Positions 1 through 8,853 of a stretch of DNA of 64,000 bases are shown piece after piece. The stretch comes from Nitrospirota bacterium (GTDB lineage: Bacteria; Nitrospirota; UBA9217). Both the position numbers and the translations under genes were made by a program. The notes below the pieces were generated by a model. That model searched no databases, was not told where the DNA came from, and was given only the letters and a program-made list of their open reading frames with translations. The stretch is taken from contig CAWBNQ010000003.1 of NCBI GenBank assembly GCA_963790205.1, positions 864,001 to 928,000 on the forward strand. The letters are read 5' to 3'. How positions within the stretch are numbered: position 1 is the stretch's first letter; each line of letters starts with the position of its first letter.

Positions 1-570
1 ACCCGCGTCGGGCTCGTACCCGGGAGGGCAGGCAAGGGAAATGTGCATACCCGCCTTGACGCAGGCCTCTATGAGCGAGTGGGCCATGTTGTTTCCGTCG
101 CCCACGTATGAGAATTTCAGCCCCTTGAGATCGCCGCGTTTTTCCCTGATGGTAAAGAGATCAGCCAGCGCCTGACAGGGGTGATGGAGGTCTGTCAGGC
201 CGTTGATCACCGGGACAGAAGCATGGCGCGCCAGTTCTTCTGCCGTGGCCTGGGCGAAGGTGCGGATCATGATGCCGTCGAGGTATCGAGAAAGGGTCCG
301 TGCCGTGTCGGCAATAGGTTCACCACGGCCGATCTGGAGGTCGTTCGCGGACAGGAACAGGGCCTGGCCGCCGAGCTGGTACATGCCGACCTCGAAGGAC
401 ACCCGCGTTCTTGTCGACGACTTCTCAAAAATCATGCCGAGGGACTTGCCTTTGAGCGGCTGGTGCATCCTGCCCTGTTTCTGCATTTTTTTCAGGGACG
501 CGGACAGCTTGAGCACCTCATCGAGCTCCCTGGAGGTAAGGTCTGAAATGGCGAGCAAATCTTTTTTCAT
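1..570 (-). CDS. argF: Ornithine carbamoyltransferase (5' part; runs off window start)
   Basis: Manual translation from ATG at 570: [11 protein letters not shown]...[13 protein letters not shown]...HPCQALAD...GDGNN, the OTCase motifs; directly downstream of argD. Confidence 0.95.
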   Translation of the reverse strand, partial: MKKDLLAISDLTSRELDEVLKLSASLKKMQKQGRMHQPLKGKSLGMIFEKSSTRTRVSFEVGMYQLGGQALFLSANDLQIGRGEPIADTARTLSRYLDGIMIRTFAQATAEELARHASVPVINGLTDLHHPCQALADLFTIREKRGDLKGLKFSYVGDGNNMAHSLIEACVKAGMHISLACPPGYEPDAG

Positions 571-591
571 TCGTTCTCCGGATAACGTCTT

Positions 592-637
592 TAGCTCATA
601 GCTCATGGCCCATAGAAAAATCTTCCCGCTATGAGCT
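592..637. repeat. Intergenic heptamer repeat element (TAGCTCA-like x3 with inverted CTATGAGCT)
   Basis: tagctca tagctca tggccca tag ... gctatgagct between argD and argF. Confidence 0.6.
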
Positions 638-640
638 TCA

Positions 641-1834
641 TTACCGCTTCGCGAATATCCCGTCAAGGGCATCAAGAAGCAGGTCGATCTCTTCCTCGGT
701 GATGATGAGCGGCGGCATGAACCGCAGCACCCGGTCCATGGTGCAGTTGATGAGGAAGCCTTCCCTGATACAGGAGGCGACGATGTCCTTGCCTTCGAAG
801 TCAAGCTCCATTCCGATGAGCAGGCCCTTGCCCCGCACGTTCTTCACGAAACCGTATTTTTTCTTGAGCGCGGCGAGCCCTTCCATGAACTGCCTGCCGA
901 GCTGGTCCACTGCCTGAATGATGATATTGTCTTCGAGCAGAGCGTCGAGAGAGGCCAGGGCCGCCGCGCAGGCGAGCGGGTTGCCGCCGAAGGTGGAACC
1001 GTGCGAGCCTGGGGTGAATGCCTGGGAAGCCTTGTCCGTAGCAATCAGTGCTCCGATGGCCATGCCGGCGCCGAGCCCCTTTGCGAGCGCGGCCGCATCC
1101 GGCGTAATGCCGGAATGTTCATAGGCATAGAGCCTTCCGGTCCGTCCCATGCCGGTCTGTACCTCATCGAGCATGAGCAGGATGTTGTGACGATCGCAAA
1201 TATCCCGGAGCGCTTTCAGATAGCCTTCAGAAGGCACGTTCACTCCGCCTTCGCCCTGCACGGGTTCGACCAGCACGGCGCAAGTCCGTTCGTTTACCGC
1301 CTCTTCGACGGCTTTCGCGTCGTTGAACGGCACGTATCGGAACCCGGCGACGAGCGGTTCAAAGGATTTGTGGATCTTTTCCTGGGCAGTGGCCGCAAGT
1401 GCGCCCATGGTCCGGCCATGAAACGAGCCGTGCATGGTGATGATTTCGTACCGGTCTTGTTTTAAAACCTCCCGGCTGTAGCGCCGCGCGAGCTTGATGG
1501 CGGCCTCGACGGCCTCGGTGCCCGAATTACAGAAAAACGCCTTGTCGGCGAAGGAATTCTTGACCAGCGCCTTTGCAAGGTTGATCTGCGGCTCGTTATG
1601 GTAGTGATTTGACACATGCATCAACCGCTGGGCCTGCTTCTGGAGCGCGACGACCACCCGCGGGTGGCAATGACCGAGATTATTCACGGCCACGCCGGAG
1701 ACGAAATCGAGGTACTCCCTGCCGTCGGAATCGTACACCTTTGCGCCACGGCCTTTAACAAACACGAGCGGCTGCCGCCCGTAGGTGTTCATGATATATT
1801 TTTGAGAGTCTGCAAGAATGTCGCTTGTAATCAT
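641..1834 (-). CDS. argD: Acetylornithine aminotransferase
   Basis: Class III PLP aminotransferase motifs [30 protein letters not shown]; next to argF; start taken at MITSDIL. Confidence 0.93.
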   Translation of the reverse strand: MITSDILADSQKYIMNTYGRQPLVFVKGRGAKVYDSDGREYLDFVSGVAVNNLGHCHPRVVVALQKQAQRLMHVSNHYHNEPQINLAKALVKNSFADKAFFCNSGTEAVEAAIKLARRYSREVLKQDRYEIITMHGSFHGRTMGALAATAQEKIHKSFEPLVAGFRYVPFNDAKAVEEAVNERTCAVLVEPVQGEGGVNVPSEGYLKALRDICDRHNILLMLDEVQTGMGRTGRLYAYEHSGITPDAAALAKGLGAGMAIGALIATDKASQAFTPGSHGSTFGGNPLACAAALASLDALLEDNIIIQAVDQLGRQFMEGLAALKKKYGFVKNVRGKGLLIGMELDFEGKDIVASCIREGFLINCTMDRVLRFMPPLIITEEEIDLLLDALDGIFAKR

Positions 1835-1878
1835 GGTGACCAACGTAGCATAATCATTATGAAAAATCAAATAAAAAC

Positions 1879-2062
1879 TGGCCCTGCAGCAGGAATGAGG
1901 ATCCTCGGTACGAAGCGAAGTGCCCCGGGGATCGTTGAGGCGCGTCGATCGTTAACGAGGCTGGAAAGCGCCCGGCGGGACCTTACTCCACCCGGGCCTG
2001 GCGACGAGGGGGCGCTGGCGCCCATTGCAACCCGGCTGCAGCCATGGGTCCCGTCTTTTTTT
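1879..2062 (+). ncRNA. Candidate structured non-coding RNA (or MITE-like element), family not recognised
   Basis: GC-rich block between AT-rich flanks; closing stem ctgcagc/gctgcag, internal hairpins gatcctcgg/ccggggatc and gcccgg/ccgggc; G-U pairs favour + strand; followed by T7. Confidence 0.45.
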
Positions 2063-2125
2063 GCAAAATTGTTTTATTTCCCGTTATTTTCAGCCCTGCC
2101 TGACAAGTATCCCGAGTATTTTTTA

Positions 2126-2154
2126 TTGACAAAACAGGGATACTGTTTTATTAT
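2126..2154 (+). promoter_or_regulatory. Sigma70-type promoter upstream of hom operon
   Basis: TTGACA-N17-TATTAT; overlapped by palindrome AAAACAG-N5-CTGTTTT. Confidence 0.7.
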
Positions 2155-2355
2155 CAATTTTACTTTTTAAATTGCGCGGTTAGATGAATAAACTGTTTGA
2201 TAAAGAAAGAGATAGCCATGTCTGAGCGCTTTGCCGGGAGCAAGAAGCTGCCGTCCTGCGTCTTTGCGATTGTTCTGTGTCAATCAGCGTCAAAAGATTT
2301 CCTCTGTGTCTGAGTGCCGTGGTAATATCTATTTCATAAATTTCAGGTGGAAGAG

Positions 2356-3669
2356 ATGACATCGAAGAAATCAATCAACGTCGGCATCATCGGTTTCGGC
2401 ACGGTCGGCACGGGAACGGCACGCATCCTGATCGAGAATGCAGACATCATCAAGCGCAGGCTCGGCGCGCCGGTCGTGCTCAAGATGATATCGGACCTCG
2501 ATGTAAAGCGCGATCGGGGCATAAATCTGAGCGGGGTTAAGCTCACGAGCGATGTGAAGGATATCATCAACAACCCCGGCATCGATATCGTCGTGGAGCT
2601 CATCGGCGGGTATAAACCGGCTAAAGAGTTCATCCTCGAGGCGATCAAGAACAAGAAACACGTGGTGACCGCGAACAAGGCGCTCCTGGCCGTCCATGGA
2701 GAGGAGATATACTCCGCAGCGGAGAAGGCCGGCGTCACCGTCGGATACGAAGCCTCTGTCGCGGGTGGAATCCCGATCCTCGCCGCCGTGAGGAGCGGAC
2801 TTGCAGCGAACAACATCAGGTCCATCTACGGCATCGTGAACGGCACCTGCAACTACATCCTGACGCTCATGACGAGCGCCGGCAGGAAGTTCGATGAGGT
2901 CTTGAAGGAAGCCCAGGCAAAAGGCTACGCCGAGGCCGATCCGACTTTCGATATCGAGGGCATCGATTCGGCTCACAAGCTTGCGGTCCTCACGATGCTC
3001 GCCTTCGGCACGCCGGTCAGGTTCGACGACATCTACACCGAGGGCATCTCAAAGATAACACCGCTCGATATCGATTTCGCGAGGGACCTCGGCTACAAGA
3101 TCAAACTCCTCGCCATTACCAAGACGGTGAATGACGAGATCGAAGCCCGCGTCCATCCGACCATGCTGCCCGAGACCTATCCCATTGCCACCGTTGACGG
3201 TGTGTTCAATGCGCTTTCGGTGGTCGGCGACGCGGTCGGCCCTACCATGTTCTACGGCCGGGGCGCCGGCGACATGCCCACGGGAAGCGCTGTGGTAAGC
3301 GATATCATCGACATCGGCAGGGACATCCTTGCGGGCTGTACTGACCGGTCGCCGGTCACGGCTTTCCGTGAGCGTAAGCCGCTTAAGATACGAAAGATGG
3401 ATGATATTACGTCGTGCTATTATCTCCGGTTCTCGGTTCTGGATAGACCGGGCGTTATGTCGCGCATTACGGGGGTGCTCGGCAGGAACAATATCAGCAT
3501 CTCCTCCATGATCCAGAAGGGACGCAAGGTGGACGAGGCCGTACCGGTCGTGATGATGACCCACGAAGCTATAGAACACAACGTTCGCAAGGCGCTCGCC
3601 GAGATCGATACCATGGACTGCGTGGCAGGGGCCACGGTCGTCATCAGGGTGGAAGAGGGAAAGCAGTAA
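2356..3669 (+). CDS. hom: Homoserine dehydrogenase with C-terminal ACT domain
   Basis: GFGTVG Rossmann motif, TANK, YEASVAGGIP, NGTCNYIL, GYAEADPTFD, DRPGV ACT. Confidence 0.96.
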   Translation: MTSKKSINVGIIGFGTVGTGTARILIENADIIKRRLGAPVVLKMISDLDVKRDRGINLSGVKLTSDVKDIINNPGIDIVVELIGGYKPAKEFILEAIKNKKHVVTANKALLAVHGEEIYSAAEKAGVTVGYEASVAGGIPILAAVRSGLAANNIRSIYGIVNGTCNYILTLMTSAGRKFDEVLKEAQAKGYAEADPTFDIEGIDSAHKLAVLTMLAFGTPVRFDDIYTEGISKITPLDIDFARDLGYKIKLLAITKTVNDEIEARVHPTMLPETYPIATVDGVFNALSVVGDAVGPTMFYGRGAGDMPTGSAVVSDIIDIGRDILAGCTDRSPVTAFRERKPLKIRKMDDITSCYYLRFSVLDRPGVMSRITGVLGRNNISISSMIQKGRKVDEAVPVVMMTHEAIEHNVRKALAEIDTMDCVAGATVVIRVEEGKQ

Positions 3670-3755
3670 TTGCGGATTTCAGATTTCGGATTTCGGATTG
3701 ACAGGCAAGCACGCTGCTTATAATATTCCGCAATTCGCAATGCGCAATCCGCAAT
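3669..3755. repeat. Inverted heptamer-array element (ATTTCGG-like / AATCCGC-like)
   Basis: attgcgg atttcag atttcgg atttcgg attg ... attccgc aattcgc aatgcgc aatccgc aat. Confidence 0.85.
3698..3726 (+). promoter_or_regulatory. Possible sigma70 promoter inside the repeat element
   Basis: TTGACA-N17-TAATAT (or N15-TATAAT). Confidence 0.45.
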
Positions 3756-3765
3756 GGAGGTTTCA

Positions 3766-4026
3766 ATGGCTGACGACATTAAAGTTGATAAGTCGCTCGA
3801 CATAAAAGGCCAGGTCTGCCCGTATACGTTTGTCCGTTCGAAGCTCGCCATCGAGAAAATGAACCTTGGCGAGGTCCTCGAGATCGTCACGGACCACAAA
3901 CCGGCATCGGAAAACGTTCCCCGGAGCATGGAGAACGAGGGCCAGAAAGTGTTGAAGATCGAGCAGACCGCTGAAAAAGAGTGGCACATTTTCGTGAGGA
4001 AGGACAAAGAAAAGAAAAAGGCATGA
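3766..4026 (+). CDS. TusA/SirA-family sulfurtransferase
   Basis: LDIKGQVCPY (CPxP-like) motif, GEVLEIVTD; GGAGG RBS. Confidence 0.9.
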   Translation: MADDIKVDKSLDIKGQVCPYTFVRSKLAIEKMNLGEVLEIVTDHKPASENVPRSMENEGQKVLKIEQTAEKEWHIFVRKDKEKKKA

Positions 4027-4096
4027 AATGTGAAGAGTGAAACGTGCATGATCAATTTCCAGAACCCTTTCCCGGTTCACGTTTCACGTATCACGA
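4022..4096. repeat. Inverted heptamer-array element (ACGTGAA-like / TTCACGT)
   Basis: atgtgaa gagtgaa acgtgca ... ttcacgt ttcacgt atcacga. Confidence 0.8.
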
Positions 4097-4104
4097 GGTA
4101 ATCT

Positions 4105-4908
4105 ATGGAATTTACCGAAGACCAGATACTGCGTTACAGCAGACATATTCTCTTACCCGAGGTCGGGGGCGACGGGCAGGAGAAGCTCCTGAACGCCAGG
4201 GTCGTGCTCGTGGGCGCCGGAGGGCTCGGCTCTCCGGTGGGGTACTACCTTGCCGCAGCAGGTGTGGGCACGATCGGCGTGATCGACAATGACCGCGTGG
4301 AGATATCGAACCTCCAGCGCCAGATCGCCCATAACACGAGCAGGATCGGGGTGTTCAAGGCGGACTCGGCGAAAGAGACCTACGAGACGCTGAACCACGA
4401 TGTTAAGGTCGTTACCCATAAGGAACGTCTCACGTCTGCGAACATCATGGATATCATCAAAGATTACGACATCGTGGTTGATGGAAGCGACAACTTCCCG
4501 ACGAGATATCTCGTGAACGATGCCTGCGTGATGCTCAAAAAGACGCTCGTGAGCGCAGCGGTCTTCCGGTTCGAGGGACAGGTGATGACCATCTTCCCGG
4601 GCCAGGGTCCGTGTTACCGCTGCCTGTTCGAGGTACCGCCTCCGCCCGGCATGGTGCCGTCCTGCCAGGAGGCGGGCATTCTCGGCGTGGTGACCGGTGT
4701 GATCGGGACCATCCAGGCCACCGAGGTCATTAAAGCGATCCTCGGCATCGGTCATCCGCTGAAGGGGAAGCTCCTGCTGTGGAACGCGCTTGACATGAGC
4801 TTCCGCACGGTCAAAGTGCCGCGGAACAAGGAATGCCCGGTGTGCGGAGAGAAACCTACCATAACGGAACTGATCGATTACGAATGGTTCTGCTCGATGA
4901 GCCATTGA
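4105..4908 (+). CDS. MoeB/ThiF-family E1-like adenylyltransferase (no rhodanese domain)
   Basis: RYSRH, GAGGLGS, SNLQRQ, DGSDNF, CYRC and CPVC zinc motifs. Confidence 0.93.
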   Translation: MEFTEDQILRYSRHILLPEVGGDGQEKLLNARVVLVGAGGLGSPVGYYLAAAGVGTIGVIDNDRVEISNLQRQIAHNTSRIGVFKADSAKETYETLNHDVKVVTHKERLTSANIMDIIKDYDIVVDGSDNFPTRYLVNDACVMLKKTLVSAAVFRFEGQVMTIFPGQGPCYRCLFEVPPPPGMVPSCQEAGILGVVTGVIGTIQATEVIKAILGIGHPLKGKLLLWNALDMSFRTVKVPRNKECPVCGEKPTITELIDYEWFCSMSH

Positions 4909-4980
4909 GAAATGCGGAATGCGGTATGTTTGGAACTCGCAAGGCGTTAATGGGCCGCGGCGTCCTCCCCGGAAAAAACG

Positions 4981-5391
4981 ATGTTGATATTAAGGAAATC
5001 CGATCTCCAAAGTATCTTCGAACATTGTGACCGTGAATTTCCTAATGAGGCATGTGGAATTCTCGCTGGCAGGGACAGGACGGTTGAAAAAATATATGCC
5101 CTCGCGAGCGAGAAGCCGAGTCCGATCGCTTACCGCATAGACTCGAAAGAGCATATTCGTGTTATACGGGAGATGCGCGACGAGGGGAGAGATCTGGTTG
5201 GCATCTATCACTCGCATACGGGCAGCCCGGCATACCCGTCTTCAACCGATGTAGAACTCGCGTACTATCCGGAAGCCGTGTATGTGATCGTATCGCTCCT
5301 GGACAGAAAGGACCCCGCAATAAAGGGGTTTCACATTATTGAAGGCGAGATCACGGAAGTGCCGGTGGATGTTATTTCGGAGGGGAAATAG
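4981..5391 (+). CDS. JAB/Mov34 (Mec-like, M67) metallopeptidase
   Basis: PNEACG and YHSH...PS..D JAMM motif. Confidence 0.92.
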   Translation: MLILRKSDLQSIFEHCDREFPNEACGILAGRDRTVEKIYALASEKPSPIAYRIDSKEHIRVIREMRDEGRDLVGIYHSHTGSPAYPSSTDVELAYYPEAVYVIVSLLDRKDPAIKGFHIIEGEITEVPVDVISEGK

Positions 5392-5394
5392 CAG

Positions 5395-6627
5395 ATGACG
5401 TACGTAAAAGGCTTGCGGTGTGTCGAGTGCGGCAGGGAATACAAGATCGACCCCATTTATGTGTGCGATTTCTGTTTTGGACCGCTTGAGGTGACCTACG
5501 ATTACGAGCGGATCAAGAAGGACATGACAAGGCAGAAGATCGAGTCGCGGCCGCACAATATGTGGCGGTACCGCGAGCTCCTCCCGATCGACGGAGATCC
5601 GGTCACGGGTTTCGATTCCGGCTTCACGCCGCTCATGAAAGCCAACAACCTGGCCAAGGCATGGGGCGTGAAGGAAATTTATATCAAGGACGACTCCGTG
5701 AACCACCCGACGTTGTCGTTCAAGGACCGGGTCGTGGCCGTGGCGGTCACCAAGGCCAGAGAGTTCGGGTTCGATACGGTGGCGTGCGCATCCACGGGCA
5801 ATCTGGCGAATTCCGTTGCAGCGCAGGCGGCCCGGGCGGGCATGAAGCGCTTTATTTTCACGCCGTCGGACCTTGAGCTGTCGAAGACCATCAGCTCCCT
5901 TATCTATCAGCCGAACCTGGTGACCGTGGACGGCAATTACGACGAGGTGAACCGGCTCTGCTCCGAGGTCGCGAACAAGTATCGGTGGGCCTTTGTGAAC
6001 ATCAACATCCGGCCGTTCTACGGCGAGGGTTCCAAGTCCCTCGGTTTCGAGGTCGCGGAACAGCTCGGCTGGAAGACGCCGCACAACATCGTTGTGCCCA
6101 ACGCCAGCGGTTCGCTCATGACGAAGATCTGGAAGTCCTTTAAGGAACTTGAAAAGCTCGGGCTTGTTCCGCCGGTGAAGACCAGGGTGTTTGCGGCACA
6201 AGCCACGGGTTGCAATCCGATCACCACGGCGATCAAGGAAGGGAGCGATGTCATCAAGCCGGTTAAGCCCAGGACGATCGCCAAGTCGCTCGCCATCGGG
6301 AACCCGGCTGACGGATACTATGCGACGAAGGTCACGCGGGACACCGGCGGGTATGGCGCCGATTCCTCGGACCAGGAGATCGTGGACGCGATGAAGCTCC
6401 TTGCCGAGACCGAAGGAGTGTTTGCCGAGACCGCGGGCGGCGTGACCGTGTCCGCCGCCAAAAAGCTCGTGGAGTCGGGAAGGATATCGAAGGACGAAAC
6501 GCTTGTCATCTGCATCACCGGCAACGGGCTCAAGACCACCGAGGCTGTCGTAGACCATCTTCGGAGGCCGACGCCGATCAAGCCGAACCTCGAGTCGTTC
6601 GAGGAACTGTTGAAGAAAATACAGTAG
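5395..6627 (+). CDS. thrC: Threonine synthase-family PLP enzyme (sulfur-carrier-associated subfamily)
   Basis: N-terminal CxxC/CxxC, PTLSFKDR PLP lysine, ASTGNL, ITGNGLKT. Confidence 0.85.
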   Translation: MTYVKGLRCVECGREYKIDPIYVCDFCFGPLEVTYDYERIKKDMTRQKIESRPHNMWRYRELLPIDGDPVTGFDSGFTPLMKANNLAKAWGVKEIYIKDDSVNHPTLSFKDRVVAVAVTKAREFGFDTVACASTGNLANSVAAQAARAGMKRFIFTPSDLELSKTISSLIYQPNLVTVDGNYDEVNRLCSEVANKYRWAFVNINIRPFYGEGSKSLGFEVAEQLGWKTPHNIVVPNASGSLMTKIWKSFKELEKLGLVPPVKTRVFAAQATGCNPITTAIKEGSDVIKPVKPRTIAKSLAIGNPADGYYATKVTRDTGGYGADSSDQEIVDAMKLLAETEGVFAETAGGVTVSAAKKLVESGRISKDETLVICITGNGLKTTEAVVDHLRRPTPIKPNLESFEELLKKIQ

Positions 6628-6633
6628 TTTTTT

Positions 6634-6715
6634 CGCCACAGAGAGCGGAGAAGAAGGACCGAAGGCTAAAACTCAGGATTTTAATTTCGGTGCTCTCAGC
6701 GTGCTCTGCGGTAAA
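6634..6715. repeat. Inverted ~9-mer repeat element (CCACAGAG... / ...CTCTGCGG)
   Basis: ccacagagagcggagaagaaggaccgaa pairs imperfectly with ttcggtgctctcagcgtgctctgcgg. Confidence 0.7.
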
Positions 6716-6745
6716 TTTTGAATGCTGTTTCAGGAGGAGTACCAG

Positions 6746-7024
6746 ATGGCAATTAAAGTAAGAATCCCGACCCCGCTGCAGAAACTCACGAACGGCAAGG
6801 CCGAGGTGGAGTGCAGCGCGAAGAACATCCTCGAACTCGTCGATGCCCTTGAAAAGGACTATCCCGGCATGAAAGAGCGTTTGTCGGACGGCGGGAAGAT
6901 CCGGCGGTTCATCAATATCTACGTGAACGAAGAGGACATCCGATTCGTGAACAAGGAAGAGACCACACTGAAAGACGGCGACAACGTCTCGATCGTACCT
7001 GCCATAGCAGGCGGACGCGGGTAA
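6746..7024 (+). CDS. MoaD/ThiS/CysO-like ubiquitin-fold sulfur carrier
   Basis: IPTPL...[14 protein letters not shown]...IVPAIAGG followed by RG; AGGAGG RBS. Confidence 0.93.
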   Translation: MAIKVRIPTPLQKLTNGKAEVECSAKNILELVDALEKDYPGMKERLSDGGKIRRFINIYVNEEDIRFVNKEETTLKDGDNVSIVPAIAGGRG

Positions 7025-7031
7025 GAAAGCC

Positions 7032-7120
7032 AGAAGAGGTGAAGATGAGAGGTTGAGAAGCTGAGCATTCGCAGCTTTCGTCGTATCGCGACTTCCCAAT
7101 TTCCCAGCTTCTTAATTTCT
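7032..7120. repeat. Inverted octamer-array element (AGAAGNTG / CANCTTCT)
   Basis: agaagagg tgaagatg agaggttg agaagctg ... cgacttcc caatttcc cagcttct taatttct. Confidence 0.8.
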
Positions 7121-7139
7121 GTTTTACCAAGGAGGGAAC

Positions 7140-7382
7140 ATGGCAACGAAGAGAGTCAAACTGACGTTTCCGCAGGAACTGATCAAAGAACCCGTGGTCT
7201 TCACCATGGCAAAAAAGTTCGACGTGATGCCGAATATCCGCCGTGCCAAAGTCACCGAGAGCGTGGGCGAAGTGGTGCTTGAGCTCGAAGGCGCTGAAAA
7301 GAAACTTGAAGAAGGTATTAAATATCTCAAAGAGCGCGGCGTAAAGGTTGAGGCGGTTGAGGGAGATGTCGTAAGTTCATGA
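7140..7382 (+). CDS. Stand-alone NIL domain protein
   Basis: LTFP...EPV...PNIRRAKV...G.VVLELEG pattern; AAGGAGG RBS. Confidence 0.85.
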   Translation: MATKRVKLTFPQELIKEPVVFTMAKKFDVMPNIRRAKVTESVGEVVLELEGAEKKLEEGIKYLKERGVKVEAVEGDVVSS

Positions 7383-7443
7383 TTGTGCCTTTGGTTGTTG
7401 TTTTCATGCTATAAACGATTGTGTCGCCCGGATGCTGGCGGTT

Positions 7444-7526
7444 TCAAATGCCAAAGCCCAAAGTGTAACTGTTTCGGATTTGAATTTTATTTTTGTGTTT
7501 GATGTGAACTTCGTTCTTTGCCATTT
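7444..7526. repeat. Degenerate inverted heptamer element
   Basis: tcaaatg ccaaagc ccaaagt ... gatttga atttt ... tttgccattt. Confidence 0.45.
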
Positions 7527-7537
7527 TTCTTTGAACT

Positions 7538-8767
7538 ATGAAATATATCATCTTACTCGGTGACGGGATGGCCGATAGGCCGCATGCGGAACTTGGAGGC
7601 AAAACATGCCTGCAGGCGGCAAGGACGCCGAACCTCGACCAGCTTGCGACCTTGGGGCAGGTGGGCATGGTGCATACGGTGCCCGAGGGGTTTCCGCCGG
7701 GCAGCGACGTGGCCAATCTCACGGTCATGGGCTATGACCCGAGAAAATACTATACCGGTCGTTCTCCACTTGAGGCGGCAAGCATCGGCGTGGAACTGGG
7801 GCTCGATGACGTGGCTTTCCGCTGCAATCTGGTTACACTCAGGATCAGCGGCGGGAAATCCGCAACCGGCGTTAAAGGGCGCCATGCGATCATGGAGGAC
7901 TTCAGCGCCGGCCACATTACCACGCAAGAGGCGCGTCTGCTTATAGAAGAGATCGACAGTAAACTCGGTTCCGATCGCATCCGTTTTTATCCCGGCGTAA
8001 GCTACCGGCACCTGATGGTCTGGAAGGGCGGGAAGGACAAGATCGAGTGCGCGCCTCCCCACGATATCCAGGACAAGGACATCCAGGACTATTTTCCGCG
8101 GGGTGAAGGCGATGAGACCATCAATTCCCTGATGGAAGCATCGACCGATATACTCATGGCCCACCCCATAAATAAGACGAGACTAGAAAACGGCAAGCGT
8201 CCCGCGAACAGCATCTGGCTCTGGGGCCAGGGAAAAAGACCGACCATGCCGACCTTCCGGGAAAAGTACGGTCTCGAAGGCGCCATGATCTCGGCGGTCG
8301 ACCTCACCAAGGGTATCGGCATCTACGCCGGGTTCGAGGTGATCACCGTGCCCGGCGCAACGGGTTGGCTCGACACGAACTACGTGGGCAAGGCCGAGCA
8401 CGCGCTCTGGGCGCTCAAAACAAAAGACATCGTGTATGTCCACGTCGAGGCTCCGGACGAAGCAGGCCACACCGGCGACCTCAAGAACAAGATCAAGGCC
8501 ATAGAGGATTTCGATGAATTCGTGGTCGGGAACATCATCCACGGGATGAAGCAGTTCGATGAATACCGGATCATGGTCCTCCCGGACCATCCGACGCCGG
8601 TCGAGATCAGGACACACTCGAGTGAACCGGTGCCGTTCGCTATCTATGCTAACACCGAAGAACGTAAAGGGGGTCCCGTGACCTACGACGAGCGGATCGC
8701 GTATCGGAAAGAAGCCCTGGTGTTCAAAGAGGGCTACAGGCTGATGGATTATTTTTTGAAGAAGTAA
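7538..8767 (+). CDS. Cofactor-independent phosphoglycerate mutase-like protein (ApgM family; proposed homoserine kinase subfamily)
   Basis: GDGMAD, GSDVAN, HVEAPDEAGH, PDHPTP, RTH motifs; inside aspartate-pathway operon. Confidence 0.88.
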   Translation: MKYIILLGDGMADRPHAELGGKTCLQAARTPNLDQLATLGQVGMVHTVPEGFPPGSDVANLTVMGYDPRKYYTGRSPLEAASIGVELGLDDVAFRCNLVTLRISGGKSATGVKGRHAIMEDFSAGHITTQEARLLIEEIDSKLGSDRIRFYPGVSYRHLMVWKGGKDKIECAPPHDIQDKDIQDYFPRGEGDETINSLMEASTDILMAHPINKTRLENGKRPANSIWLWGQGKRPTMPTFREKYGLEGAMISAVDLTKGIGIYAGFEVITVPGATGWLDTNYVGKAEHALWALKTKDIVYVHVEAPDEAGHTGDLKNKIKAIEDFDEFVVGNIIHGMKQFDEYRIMVLPDHPTPVEIRTHSSEPVPFAIYANTEERKGGPVTYDERIAYRKEALVFKEGYRLMDYFLKK

Positions 8768-8773
8768 CAAGTT

Positions 8774-8840
8774 TGCCACGAAGTAACACCGTTACGAAGC
8801 AGCCCCGGATTTCTTAGCGGCTTGGTGACTTAGCGGCGAA
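8774..8840. repeat. Inverted octamer element
   Basis: gccacgaagtaacaccgttacgaag ... cttagcgg cttggtga cttagcgg c. Confidence 0.65.
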
Positions 8841-8853
8841 AGTGAGGAAATAA

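Noticed and set aside
181..601. Plus-strand ORFs 181..546 and 203..601
   Set aside because: Antisense shadows of argF, which the ORF track misses because it runs off the window
2160..2355. Riboswitch, T-box or attenuator peptide in the hom leader
   Set aside because: No SAM, lysine or T-box motifs; the short uORF from 2218 is not enriched in Thr or Met codons
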